From an uncultured Synergistaceae bacterium (GTDB taxonomy: Bacteria > Synergistota > Synergistia > Synergistales > Dethiosulfovibrionaceae), in NCBI GenBank assembly GCA_902489135.1, contig CABTYW010000001.1:6734-70733 (forward strand): a DNA stretch of 64,000 nt. The letters run 5' to 3'. Position 1 is the stretch's first letter; each line of letters starts with the position of its first letter. A program made the translations under genes and the position numbers. The notes under the pieces were generated by a model. The model worked only from the letters and a program-made list of their open reading frames with translations. It was not told the DNA's origin and searched no databases. Shown piece after piece: positions 38,634-47,765 of this stretch.

Positions 38634-39476
38634 TTATCGCGAGGATTTCAATTTTCCGGCATCAAAGAGGTCGCTTCTCTGCTGAAGCGCCTCGAACAGC
38701 GCCCGATGGCTTTCGTCGCTTTTTCCCGGCTTGTATTTCCACGAGAGCTCCGCGAGCTGCAGCGTTTTTCCCTCAGCGTCATACCACACCGCCGTTTCCA
38801 TTTCGGCTTCGCCGCCCGGGAATTTCACTTCGCCGATGTCCGCCTCGTAGGCCAGAACGTCGGGAGCCGTGGGGTTCAGCACCGCCGAGGCGCCGGAAGC
38901 CGAAAACGGCAAAAGAGGAAAGAGCTCCGCGAGGTCACCCAGCGTCTTTCCGGTGAAATCGGGCTGTTTTTTCAGCTTCGCGCTGGCCGAATAGGCCGTC
39001 GACCGGTTGCCCGCCGTGCCGTTGACAAGCCCCAGCACGTCGGCTTCGTACTTGTATTCGCTTTTGGGCGCCATGCCCTTTTGAAAGCGCTCGATCTCTT
39101 CTTTTCCCAATTCCGTCCGGCGCCGCAGCTTTATCGTCAGCGTCCCCGTGTCGGAAGGACGCCCGTCCTTGATTTTAAACTTTTGGCGCAGCGAAAAGTC
39201 CTTCTCGGCCAGGGCTTGGTCGGCCGTGTCATAATAGCGCACCACGACGGCTTCTTCATCATCATCGTCGGCGCCGTGGAACTTCATGCCCAAATTCAAA
39301 GCCGCGTCTTCCAGCGCTGAACGCAGGATTTTGTACCCCTCCTGCCGCGACGAAGCGAAAATTTCCTTTCTGACCTGAAGCTTCATTTCAACGCTGTCAG
39401 TGGCGGCAAAGGCCGCACCGCACAGCGTCCACGCCATAATAATCGCCGGCAGCGCCACTCTTTTCAATTCCAACAT
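38634..39476 (-). CDS. Exported hypothetical protein with CYTH/triphosphate-tunnel-like motifs
   Basis: Signal peptide ending AAFA; VEMKL, YYDT...L...SLRQK, LTIK, KYEAD, AELSWK. Confidence 0.6.
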   Translation of the reverse strand: MLELKRVALPAIIMAWTLCGAAFAATDSVEMKLQVRKEIFASSRQEGYKILRSALEDAALNLGMKFHGADDDDEEAVVVRYYDTADQALAEKDFSLRQKFKIKDGRPSDTGTLTIKLRRRTELGKEEIERFQKGMAPKSEYKYEADVLGLVNGTAGNRSTAYSASAKLKKQPDFTGKTLGDLAELFPLLPFSASGASAVLNPTAPDVLAYEADIGEVKFPGGEAEMETAVWYDAEGKTLQLAELSWKYKPGKSDESHRALFEALQQRSDLFDAGKLKSSR

Positions 39477-39539
39477 CGTTCATATCCCCTTTCTGGTTTC
39501 AGGATCTCCGCCCAGCATACCATTTTTTCAGCGGCCATG

Positions 39540-40763
39540 TCACGCCTTTTCTCCGGATTTAGCGATCTTGATGCGCGTAAAGACCAGCGCCGCAAGAAGC
39601 TGAACGCCGACGGAAAAAACCGCCGCCGCGGTCAGCGAACGGTCATAGAGCCAGCCGCCCAGCCAGCTTCCCAAAAACAGACAAACTCCGAAAGCCGCCT
39701 GAAACAAGCCGTAACCGAAACTGCGAAAGTTTCGCGGAACCAGCGTGGCCACGGCGGCTTTCAGCGTCGATTCCTGGGCTCCCATGCCGATTCCCCACAG
39801 CGCCGCGCCCAAAAACAGCGCGCCCCGCGACGACGAGAGAAAAATCAGCACGGCAAAGGGCGCCGCCGCCACGGTGGACCACGCCAGAGACTTGAGGCCG
39901 CAGCGGTCGTAAAGCTCTCCGAACAGCAGCGCCGCCGCGGCGTCGACCGCCATGGCCCCTGCGTACAGAAGGGGCAGTTCCGCGGGAGACATGAGCGACG
40001 TACGCGCCGCGTGCATGGTGATGATGGCAAAATCGAAAAACCCCAGAGCAAAAAGCCCCGTTCCCAGAAGATAGAACCTGAAATTGCCGTCAAAAGCGGG
40101 CCGGACGGAGCTCTTTTTCGTTTCCGGCTCAAAGTTTTCGGGATGGGGAAAAAACTTCTTCGCCGTCAGCAGCAGCGCCAGCGTGACCGCCGCGGGCACC
40201 AGCAACAACGCAAAGCAATGGCGGTAATCGGTGAAAGTATTGCCGCTGCCCTTGAAGGACATGACCAGAAACAGCATCACCGGACCGGCGAAGGCGCCGA
40301 GCTGGTCGAGAAACTCCTGCAGCGCAAAGCTGCGCCCCACGCCGTTTTGCGACGCCGCAAAGGATAGCAGCGTGTCCTTGGCGGGCTTTTTCACCGCCTT
40401 GCCGAAACGTTCAGCCATAATGAGCGCCGCCGCCCAGATCCAGCCGTTTTCGGGAATGAGAGCCAGAGCGGGAACGGCCAGAAGGTCAAGGGCATAGCCG
40501 GCCAAAGTGAGGCTCCAGTATTGATGAGTGCGGTCCGCCAGACGCCCCGTGAGAAAGCGCAGCGCGTAGCCCAGCAGATCGCCAAATCCCGCGACGAAGC
40601 CGATGGCGGCGGCCGGCGCGCCAGCGAGGCTGAGATAGGCGCCGAGAATGCTCTTTCCGCCCTCGTGAGTCACATCGGAAAACAGACTGACCACGCCCAT
40701 GAGCAGGATAAAAACCAGCGCGCTGCGTCGCAGCGCTTTGGCGTCATTTTCGCGGCGTTCCAT
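39540..40763 (-). CDS. MFS transporter
   Basis: GVVSLFSDVTHEG, GRLADRT, ERFGKAVKKPAKD, DQLGAFAGP; 12 TM; AAGGAGG RBS. Confidence 0.9.
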   Translation of the reverse strand: MERRENDAKALRRSALVFILLMGVVSLFSDVTHEGGKSILGAYLSLAGAPAAAIGFVAGFGDLLGYALRFLTGRLADRTHQYWSLTLAGYALDLLAVPALALIPENGWIWAAALIMAERFGKAVKKPAKDTLLSFAASQNGVGRSFALQEFLDQLGAFAGPVMLFLVMSFKGSGNTFTDYRHCFALLLVPAAVTLALLLTAKKFFPHPENFEPETKKSSVRPAFDGNFRFYLLGTGLFALGFFDFAIITMHAARTSLMSPAELPLLYAGAMAVDAAAALLFGELYDRCGLKSLAWSTVAAAPFAVLIFLSSSRGALFLGAALWGIGMGAQESTLKAAVATLVPRNFRSFGYGLFQAAFGVCLFLGSWLGGWLYDRSLTAAAVFSVGVQLLAALVFTRIKIAKSGEKA

Positions 40764-40818
40764 CGTCCCGTGTTCCTCCTTTTCGCTCAATTCCCCCGAA
40801 AAATTTCTTCAATTAACT

Positions 40819-41421
40819 TTACCACAGCATGAAAAATCTTGGAAGCACGCCCTCTTCGGCGAGGCCTTCCAACAGTTCCAAAAGTCCCACAATCCACACA
40901 AACCAGACGGCGTTGAAAACTTCGCTGCGGAATGTCCCCGGTCGAACGACATAATCCTGGGGCTCGCGAAATTTTGAAAAATTCGGCCAGAACGCCGGAA
41001 CCTGCCGCATATAGCGCCGGTACTTCCCGCCGAAAAGACCCATCAGCGCCTGCTCTTCATGACGGATCACCGCCGGATAGATCAGCGCGAAAACCAGCAG
41101 AACCACCGCCGTCAGCGTCAGCGATTCGGTGCACAGACCGACCCCCGTCGCACCCAGAAAGCTGAAAAAATACAGGGGATTGCGGCACAGAGAATAGGGT
41201 CCGTCCATGACCAGCACCCGGTCTTTATATCCCGCAATATACTGGGCGCACCACAGACGCCCCATGGCCCCCAGTCCCGCCAGCACGCAGCCCAGAGCGA
41301 ACAGCGCGCCTTCGACGACGGGACAGGTCTCGAGCCGACGTCCCGAAAAAGCGCAGAGCGCCAGAAAGAGCGCCCCGAGCCCCTGAGAGAACTGCGTGCG
41401 GTACTTGAAAAACCACGTCAT
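40819..41421 (-). CDS. Isoprenylcysteine carboxylmethyltransferase (ICMT/PEMT/LmtA-like) family membrane methyltransferase
   Basis: LVMDGPYSLCRNPLY, EEQALMGLFG...YMRQVPAFWP; ATGA overlap with upstream gene. Confidence 0.85.
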   Translation of the reverse strand: MTWFFKYRTQFSQGLGALFLALCAFSGRRLETCPVVEGALFALGCVLAGLGAMGRLWCAQYIAGYKDRVLVMDGPYSLCRNPLYFFSFLGATGVGLCTESLTLTAVVLLVFALIYPAVIRHEEQALMGLFGGKYRRYMRQVPAFWPNFSKFREPQDYVVRPGTFRSEVFNAVWFVWIVGLLELLEGLAEEGVLPRFFMLW

Positions 41422-43382
41422 GAATTTTGCCTCCCCTGACGGCTCAGCGGCCGCGTCGATTTTCCTGCGCCATATTTCAGAAGCCCCGCGCCGTACAAAT
41501 CGCTGGCACCCTGATACCACATCACCGCCTCGTCAAGCATCTGCGGATCGGCGTCAATTTCGGTGTAGCGGCTCTGCCGCCAGTCGTCGATGCGGAAGGC
41601 CTCGACGCCGCGCCGCGGCGAAAGCACCGTCAGACGGTCTCCGCGAATGAGGCCGAGAGACTGGTAGGTGCTGATAAAGGCGCGGTCTCCGGCGGGATCG
41701 CTGCGGCCGAGGTCATCGCCCATAAACTGAGAGTTGTAGGAAATGCCCAGCATGCCCAACAGCGTGGGCGGCAGATCGATTTGACTGGACAGGCGCGAAC
41801 ACACTCCGGGGGCGATGAGCTCGGGTGCGTAAATGAGGCAGGGAATGTGATAGCGGCTCACGGGCAGGCTGACGTGGCCGGCGGCGCTTGCCTGATGATC
41901 GGCGACGACCACGAAAACCGTGCGGTCGAACCAGGGCTTCGCCGAAGCCCGGCGCAGAAAATCGCCCAGCGCCCAGTCAGTATAGCGGCACGCGCCTTCA
42001 CGGGTTTTCTGCGGAGCGTCCACGCGACCTTCGGGAAAGGTGTAAGGCCGGTGATTGCTGGTGGTCACCACGAGCTCAAAGGCCTTGTGGCCGCGGGCGT
42101 CGTGGTCGTCAAGAGCTTCCAGAACGCGGGTGAACAGAATTTCATCGGCCACGCCCCACACCGTGGAGCTGAAAATGCGCTCAGAGGGAATGTCCATGCG
42201 GTCAACGGCGGAAAATCCGTTGGACACAAAGAAACCGTTCATGTTGTCGAAATAGCCGTAACCGCCGTAGAGGAAATCGCAGTCATAGCCGGCGGACTTC
42301 ATGACCTGTCCCAGCGTGTTGAGGCCGCCGCTTTCGGGCCGGCGGACAATGGACTGCCCCGGCGTGGGAGGCACTGAAAGCGCCAGCGCCTCGAGGCCGC
42401 GAACGGTGCGGGTTCCTGTGGCGTACATGCGTGAAAAGACAAAAGACCGGGCCGCGAGGCGGTCCAGATTGGGCGTCCATGCGACCTCGCCGCCGAAGGC
42501 GCCGCAAAAATCGGCGCTGAGGCTCTCCACCACGATCATCACCACGTTCAGCTTCAGATCGCTCAAAGCATTGCGGTTATCCACGCGGCGCGCGATCCCC
42601 CCTTCGGACAGAAAAGAAACGTTTTCGCCTTTCAGGCGCTCTCTCAGCTGTTGCAGCACCTCATCGCCGGGGCGCGTCACGTAAAAGGCGGAATAATTGA
42701 GCTCGTTTTCAAAAAACGCATGAAACAGTTCGTAAGCGCCGTTTCCCGCCAGCTCACGATTGGCGTTGACCTCGGAGACCTTGAGGCGCCACCGCGAATC
42801 GGTGAAGTTCACCGAGGCCCGGAGCAGGAACACCGCCCCAACAGCGAAGACCGCGCCGTTCAGCCGCCGGCGTCCCGGGGACAAAGGCGCGGCGCCGCGT
42901 TCAAGATGCCCCATCTGGAGTTTCGCGGCAGCCGCGCAGAGAGGCAGCGCCACGGCCAGCATGAGCGGCACGTTGTAGGACTCCCAGATATTGCCCAGAA
43001 CTTCCGTGGTATAGACTAAATAATCCACGGCGATGAAATTGAACGTCGTGCCGAATTCCTGCCAGAACAGGACCTGCGCCGCCGCCATCATGCCGACCGT
43101 GAAGTTCATCAGGAAGGTGACGACCCCGACAATCCAGCGACCTCTTCGCCGGCTCAGCCACGGCGAAGGCATCACAAGCAGCACCGCCGCCAGCGGCAGG
43201 ACGTACCACAGCGCCGCCGCGGCGTCAAAGACCATGCCGAGCCCCAAAGTCTTTGCCAGATCGTCCCAGCGCCACGACAGGCTGTCCGCCGCCAAAATCA
43301 TCAAAAACAGCCGCAGAGCCGTCTGAGCGCCCATAAAACACAGCCCCTGCACTTTCAGGTATTTCAGTTTGACGCCGTCCAT
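41418..43382 (-). CDS. LTA synthase / phosphoglycerol transferase-like membrane sulfatase-family protein
   Basis: Five N-terminal TMs; VVESLS, GTRTVRG (Thr nucleophile), TTSNHRPY, VADH; AAGGAG RBS before ATG 43382. Confidence 0.88.
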   Translation of the reverse strand: MDGVKLKYLKVQGLCFMGAQTALRLFLMILAADSLSWRWDDLAKTLGLGMVFDAAAALWYVLPLAAVLLVMPSPWLSRRRGRWIVGVVTFLMNFTVGMMAAAQVLFWQEFGTTFNFIAVDYLVYTTEVLGNIWESYNVPLMLAVALPLCAAAAKLQMGHLERGAAPLSPGRRRLNGAVFAVGAVFLLRASVNFTDSRWRLKVSEVNANRELAGNGAYELFHAFFENELNYSAFYVTRPGDEVLQQLRERLKGENVSFLSEGGIARRVDNRNALSDLKLNVVMIVVESLSADFCGAFGGEVAWTPNLDRLAARSFVFSRMYATGTRTVRGLEALALSVPPTPGQSIVRRPESGGLNTLGQVMKSAGYDCDFLYGGYGYFDNMNGFFVSNGFSAVDRMDIPSERIFSSTVWGVADEILFTRVLEALDDHDARGHKAFELVVTTSNHRPYTFPEGRVDAPQKTREGACRYTDWALGDFLRRASAKPWFDRTVFVVVADHQASAAGHVSLPVSRYHIPCLIYAPELIAPGVCSRLSSQIDLPPTLLGMLGISYNSQFMGDDLGRSDPAGDRAFISTYQSLGLIRGDRLTVLSPRRGVEAFRIDDWRQSRYTEIDADPQMLDEAVMWYQGASDLYGAGLLKYGAGKSTRPLSRQGRQNS

Positions 43383-43450
43383 GAAAAATACACTCCTTAC
43401 CGCGTGTGTCATCACTTCACGCCGTAAGTATAGAGCCCGCTGCTTACCGG

Positions 43451-43480
43451 CCTCTAAGGAAAGTCTAAAAAATTCATAAA
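43451..43480 (-). promoter_or_regulatory. Putative OmpR-family response regulator binding repeats
   Basis: Minus strand TTTATGAATTT-TTTAGACTTTC-CTTAGAG, 11-bp period, between the response regulator and the LtaS-like gene. Confidence 0.5.
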
Positions 43481-43530
43481 TTTTTCTCTTTCCCCGCGTT
43501 TCATGGCTGACGGGCGCGCGGCAAAGACTT

Positions 43531-44217
43531 TCAGTGTCCCATAAAACGGTAGCCCACGCCCCAAACGGTTTCGATGTACTCCGGCCGCGAGGGATCGGCC
43601 TCAATTTTCTCGCGCAGGCGGTTGACGTGAACCGTGACGGTTGCCGTGTCTCCCAGCGCGTCCTCTCCCCAGACTCGCTCAAAAAGCTGTTCCCGCGAGA
43701 AAACCCTGTCGGGGTGCGACGCCAGAAACAGAAGCACATCGTACTCCCGCTTCGTCAAAGAGATTTCGCGCGCCTTGAGAAAAACGCGGCGTGAAAGGGG
43801 CATGATTTTCAAATCCCGGGCGGCCAGAACTTCCTCCCGCTTTTGCCCCAGCAGGCGCCGCCGCGTGGCAATGTGGGCCTTCACGCGCGCCGTCAGCTCC
43901 GACGGGCTGAAGGGCTTGACCACGTAGTCGTCGGCGCCGAGGCCGAGACCGCGAATTTTGTCCACGTCGTCCCTGAGAGCGGTCACCATCATCAGCGCCA
44001 CGTTTTTTTCGCGGCGCAGACGCCGGCACACCTCAAAGCCGCTCATTTCGGGCAGCATGACGTCCAGAAGCACCAGGTCATAATCCCCCGAAAGTGCCAT
44101 GCGAAGCCCCTCTTTTCCCGAAGCCTCCGTTTCCACGGCATACCCCGCCGCTTCAAGGTAATCCCGTTCCAGCTCGGCGATGAGGCGGTCGTCCTCAACG
44201 ATCAGTATTTTTTCCAC
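43531..44217 (-). CDS. OmpR/PhoB family response regulator
   Basis: VEDD, LLDVMLP, GADDYVVKPF, wHTH IETVWGVGY. Confidence 0.95.
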   Translation of the reverse strand: MEKILIVEDDRLIAELERDYLEAAGYAVETEASGKEGLRMALSGDYDLVLLDVMLPEMSGFEVCRRLRREKNVALMMVTALRDDVDKIRGLGLGADDYVVKPFSPSELTARVKAHIATRRRLLGQKREEVLAARDLKIMPLSRRVFLKAREISLTKREYDVLLFLASHPDRVFSREQLFERVWGEDALGDTATVTVHVNRLREKIEADPSRPEYIETVWGVGYRFMGH

Positions 44218-45721
44218 CGCGCGTGCCCTCCCTGACTTCCCGGCAGAGGGGAAATTTCATCTCCACGCAGAAACCGCCGTCATTGAAAGCGCCCACCGTT
44301 CCGCCGCAGCCTTCCACAATCTGGCGCACGACGGCCAGTCCCAGTCCGCTTCCGTCGCCGTAACGGCTTCGCGCCTTGTCTCCCCGGTAAAAGGGCTCGA
44401 AAAGATGCGGCAGATCGTCCTCCGCGGCGCCCTTTCCGTTGTCGGCGACACAAATGCGCGCCAAACCGTCCGTTTCCTCCAGCGCGACTTCGATTTTCAC
44501 GGGCCGACGATGGGCATATTTCACGCTGTTTTCAAAAAGATTGACAAAAACTCGCTGCAGTTCCCCGCGGTCCACATCCACATGGAGCTTTTCCGCGGGA
44601 CATCGGCATTCCAGCATGGCCCTTCCGACGAAAGAGGGCGCCTGTTCCTCCGTCAGGTCTTTCAGCCAGCCGTTCAGCTCCGTCGTCTCGAGGCGATAGG
44701 AGTATTGCCGATTTTCAAGGCGCGCCAGAAGAGAAAGCGAATCGGCCAACAGACTCATGTCGGAAGCGCTGCGCAGAATGGCGCGGCAGTAACGATGGCG
44801 CATCTCCGGCGTGGAAGCCACGCCGTCGCGAAGCCCCTCGGCGTAGCCGCGGATTGACGTCAGCGGCGTGCGAAGGTCGTGAGAGATGCCCGAGATCATC
44901 ATTCGGCGATAATTTTCGTGGCGCCTCTTTTCATTGACGGAATCTTTCAGGCGCAGGCGCATCTGGTCAAACTCGCGGCACACCTCGCCGAACTCATCGT
45001 CCCGACAGCAGTCCACCGTCACGTCCAGATTGCCGTCGGCGACGCGGCGAAGGCCGGAACGCAGATCCGCCAGCGGCCGCAGAAACATTCGCGCCACGGC
45101 GCCGCTGAGAGCGTAATCGGTGACGGTAATGGCGGCAATCAGCAGCAGAAGCAGCACCGCCGCCACGGTAATGACGTATTTTTCAATGTAGGACCGTTCG
45201 CCCGCCCGACCCCGCCCCGGCAGATACACCGCCGTCACCTTCCCCGGCTCATCTTCGGGGCCGAAGGTATTGCGCACCATCGCCCCGCCGTCGGCGGTCA
45301 TGGACAGACTCTGAAGCCCCCTTAACGCGCCGTTGAGACGGAGCGACGCGAAGCGCCGGTCGGCGTCGGTGAAATTGCTGTATACGACTTTGTCGTGAAT
45401 GGCAATCTCGAAGTGATAGCCCATATCGTGAAGATTTTGCTCGAACATCCGCAGCTTTTTTGAGGGCTGTTCCGCCATGACCAGATCGTTGTCCTCGTAC
45501 CAGTCGTAGTGTTCCCACTCGCGGGTGCTCAGCTCTTCTTTGCAGGCATAAATCAGGCTCTGAGCGGAGTACACCCCCTGTTCCGAGCGGTACATGTTCA
45601 CCACGGGTTCAATATAGTCACGCCCGTAGGCGGAAAAAATCAGCGCCGCGCCGATCACCAGCAGCAGCGGAGACGCAGTCATCAACATGTTGGACAGAAG
45701 CAGCTTGCGGCGTATGGTCAT
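44195..45721 (-). CDS. HAMP-domain sensor histidine kinase
   Basis: Two TMs, HAMP, SHDLRTPLT, NLFENSVKY, DNGKG, FYRGD, GSGLGL. Confidence 0.93.
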   Translation of the reverse strand: MTIRRKLLLSNMLMTASPLLLVIGAALIFSAYGRDYIEPVVNMYRSEQGVYSAQSLIYACKEELSTREWEHYDWYEDNDLVMAEQPSKKLRMFEQNLHDMGYHFEIAIHDKVVYSNFTDADRRFASLRLNGALRGLQSLSMTADGGAMVRNTFGPEDEPGKVTAVYLPGRGRAGERSYIEKYVITVAAVLLLLLIAAITVTDYALSGAVARMFLRPLADLRSGLRRVADGNLDVTVDCCRDDEFGEVCREFDQMRLRLKDSVNEKRRHENYRRMMISGISHDLRTPLTSIRGYAEGLRDGVASTPEMRHRYCRAILRSASDMSLLADSLSLLARLENRQYSYRLETTELNGWLKDLTEEQAPSFVGRAMLECRCPAEKLHVDVDRGELQRVFVNLFENSVKYAHRRPVKIEVALEETDGLARICVADNGKGAAEDDLPHLFEPFYRGDKARSRYGDGSGLGLAVVRQIVEGCGGTVGAFNDGGFCVEMKFPLCREVREGTRGGKNTDR

Positions 45722-45896
45722 CGCCTTCGCCTCCAAAAAAAAGATTGACCGTTTCGGGAACACAAAAACAGTCTAGCACAAAGAGCCCGGACACCGCGAA
45801 GAAAAACGCGCGCCTCCCCTTTTTCCCGTTCGGTCTGTTCTCAAAAGCGACGCCGGGACGCGAAAATTTTCGCACCCCGGAACTCCGGCGTCGCTC

Positions 45897-45939
45897 AAAA
45901 AAGCGTAAACCGCGCGGCCACGGGCCGCGCGGTTTACGC
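45897..45939 (-). terminator. Rho-independent terminator after NhaC-family gene
   Basis: 17-bp perfect stem GCGTAAACCGCGCGGCC / GGCCGCGCGGTTTACGC with T run on minus strand. Confidence 0.8.
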
Positions 45940-45987
45940 GCCGTTCTATCAAATTTGCTTCAGTCCTTGCCATAAGCTCACAATGCC

Positions 45988-47457
45988 TTAAGCGTCGCCG
46001 GCTTTCACGTATTTGGTGAGGGAAACCTCGGGCTCTCGGGGAATGGAGAAGAAAGGAATAAACCGGTCAAGCCCCGTAATGGTGAGCAGCAGCATGGAGC
46101 CCACGGCGATCATGGCGAAATAGTTATGGGAGATCACGGCGCCCATGGTCAAGGTATCGGCCGCCAGGGGATAGACGGAAACGGCGATGCCCATGAAAAA
46201 TCCCATATAGCAGTGCCACGGAATGAGCTGCGCCCCCAGAACGCCCATGGCGTCGGCAAAAGTGGCGTTGCGCAGCGCCAGTCGGTACATGGCCTTTTCG
46301 TCGCCCGTCACCGACTTTTCGGTCATATCCTTGATGATGGGACTGATGGTGACAATCTGAGCCATTTCGTCAGCCAGAGCCGCGTTGCCGATCAGGCACA
46401 GCAGCGCGTTGCAGAACATGAGCTGCCGCACCTTGCTGACGATTTTCATGATCATGGCGGCGATGGAATCGAAGGCGTTCATCTTGCGCATGACACCTCC
46501 GAAGGCTCCCACCCAGAGCATCATGGCGATGGACCAGCCGCCGGCGGCGGACGCACCGTCATAGATGAGCTTCAGGAACTTGTCGATGTCCGTCACCGTT
46601 CCGGCCATCCAGCCGAACAGTCCCGAGAACAGAATTCCCGATCCGAGGCAGATCAGCGTGCTGACGTTGCGCAGGGCCAGCAACAGGACGACGAGCAGAG
46701 GAATAATCATGTAGTAAGGGACGCCGCTCTGCACCTGCTTAAGCAGCGTCACCGCCGCAGGACGCTGCTCCGACAGCGCCTGCCAGACGCTCTCGGGAAT
46801 TTGCTCAATGGCCGCGGCGGCCGAGGCATGGGCGTCGGTAAGTCCCATGGACGCGCCGGCGGCATAAAAAACCACGGCGCTGATAACCAGGCACAGCAGC
46901 GACCACACGCCCTGATAGCGCATACGGTCAACGAGCTGAACGTTCTGCATTCCGCAGCTCACCACGGTGGTGTCGGAAATCAGCCCGATGTTGTCGCCGA
47001 AACAGGATCCGCCGATCACGGCGCTGAACGTCAGCACCACGCTGCCGCCCACAATGTGGTTGAGCCACAGGAAAATAGGCGTGCAGGCGGCCACCGTTCC
47101 CCATGACGTTCCCGTGGCCACCGAAAGGACGGCGGTCACAAGGAAGCCCGACACCGCCACCATTTTCGCCGTCATGCCCAGCCGAAGGGCCAAGTTGATA
47201 ATGGCCGCCGCAACGCCCGTCGCCATAAAGCACTCGGCCACGGCGTAGGCGGCTTCAAGAATAAGAAAGACAATCAGAAAGTTCTTCAGGTTATCCAGCG
47301 CGGCATCCAGCAGTTCGTCGAATTTGTAGTGATCGGTGGCCATGGCCACAAGGCACGCGCAGATAAACGAAATGGGCGACGCCAGCAGAATATCCATGCC
47401 GGAAAGCATCAACCCGCCCATAATGAGAACGGGCACCAGTTTCAAAAAGGCGATCAT
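45988..47457 (-). CDS. NhaC family (Na+/H+ antiporter-like) transporter, probably amino acid uptake
   Basis: ATGTSWGT, GGSCFGDNIGLISDTT, LIPWH. Confidence 0.88.
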   Translation of the reverse strand: MIAFLKLVPVLIMGGLMLSGMDILLASPISFICACLVAMATDHYKFDELLDAALDNLKNFLIVFLILEAAYAVAECFMATGVAAAIINLALRLGMTAKMVAVSGFLVTAVLSVATGTSWGTVAACTPIFLWLNHIVGGSVVLTFSAVIGGSCFGDNIGLISDTTVVSCGMQNVQLVDRMRYQGVWSLLCLVISAVVFYAAGASMGLTDAHASAAAAIEQIPESVWQALSEQRPAAVTLLKQVQSGVPYYMIIPLLVVLLLALRNVSTLICLGSGILFSGLFGWMAGTVTDIDKFLKLIYDGASAAGGWSIAMMLWVGAFGGVMRKMNAFDSIAAMIMKIVSKVRQLMFCNALLCLIGNAALADEMAQIVTISPIIKDMTEKSVTGDEKAMYRLALRNATFADAMGVLGAQLIPWHCYMGFFMGIAVSVYPLAADTLTMGAVISHNYFAMIAVGSMLLLTITGLDRFIPFFSIPREPEVSLTKYVKAGDA

Positions 47458-47765
47458 TGCGTTCATTCCCCCCGTATGTGGTTTCGTGAAAAAGCGCATG
47501 CGCTCTTTCGAAAAAGCTCACTGCGCTTTTTTCGAAAAGGACTCCGACGCTCCTTCTTCTGCGGCCGCAAAATTTTACGCAACCGAAAATCCTTGCTCCC
47601 CCAAAGGTGTTTTGCCTCAGAAAAGGAGACCGGTCGTTTTTTTCATCCCCCTTTTTCGTCAGAGTTTTTTTTAGGTTTTCAAAAACGGAAAATTTTTTCA
47701 AATCAATCAATACCGCCATTTTGCGCCTTGACGGTTCAACCGTCAAGCCCCCGTTTCGCCGCGCC

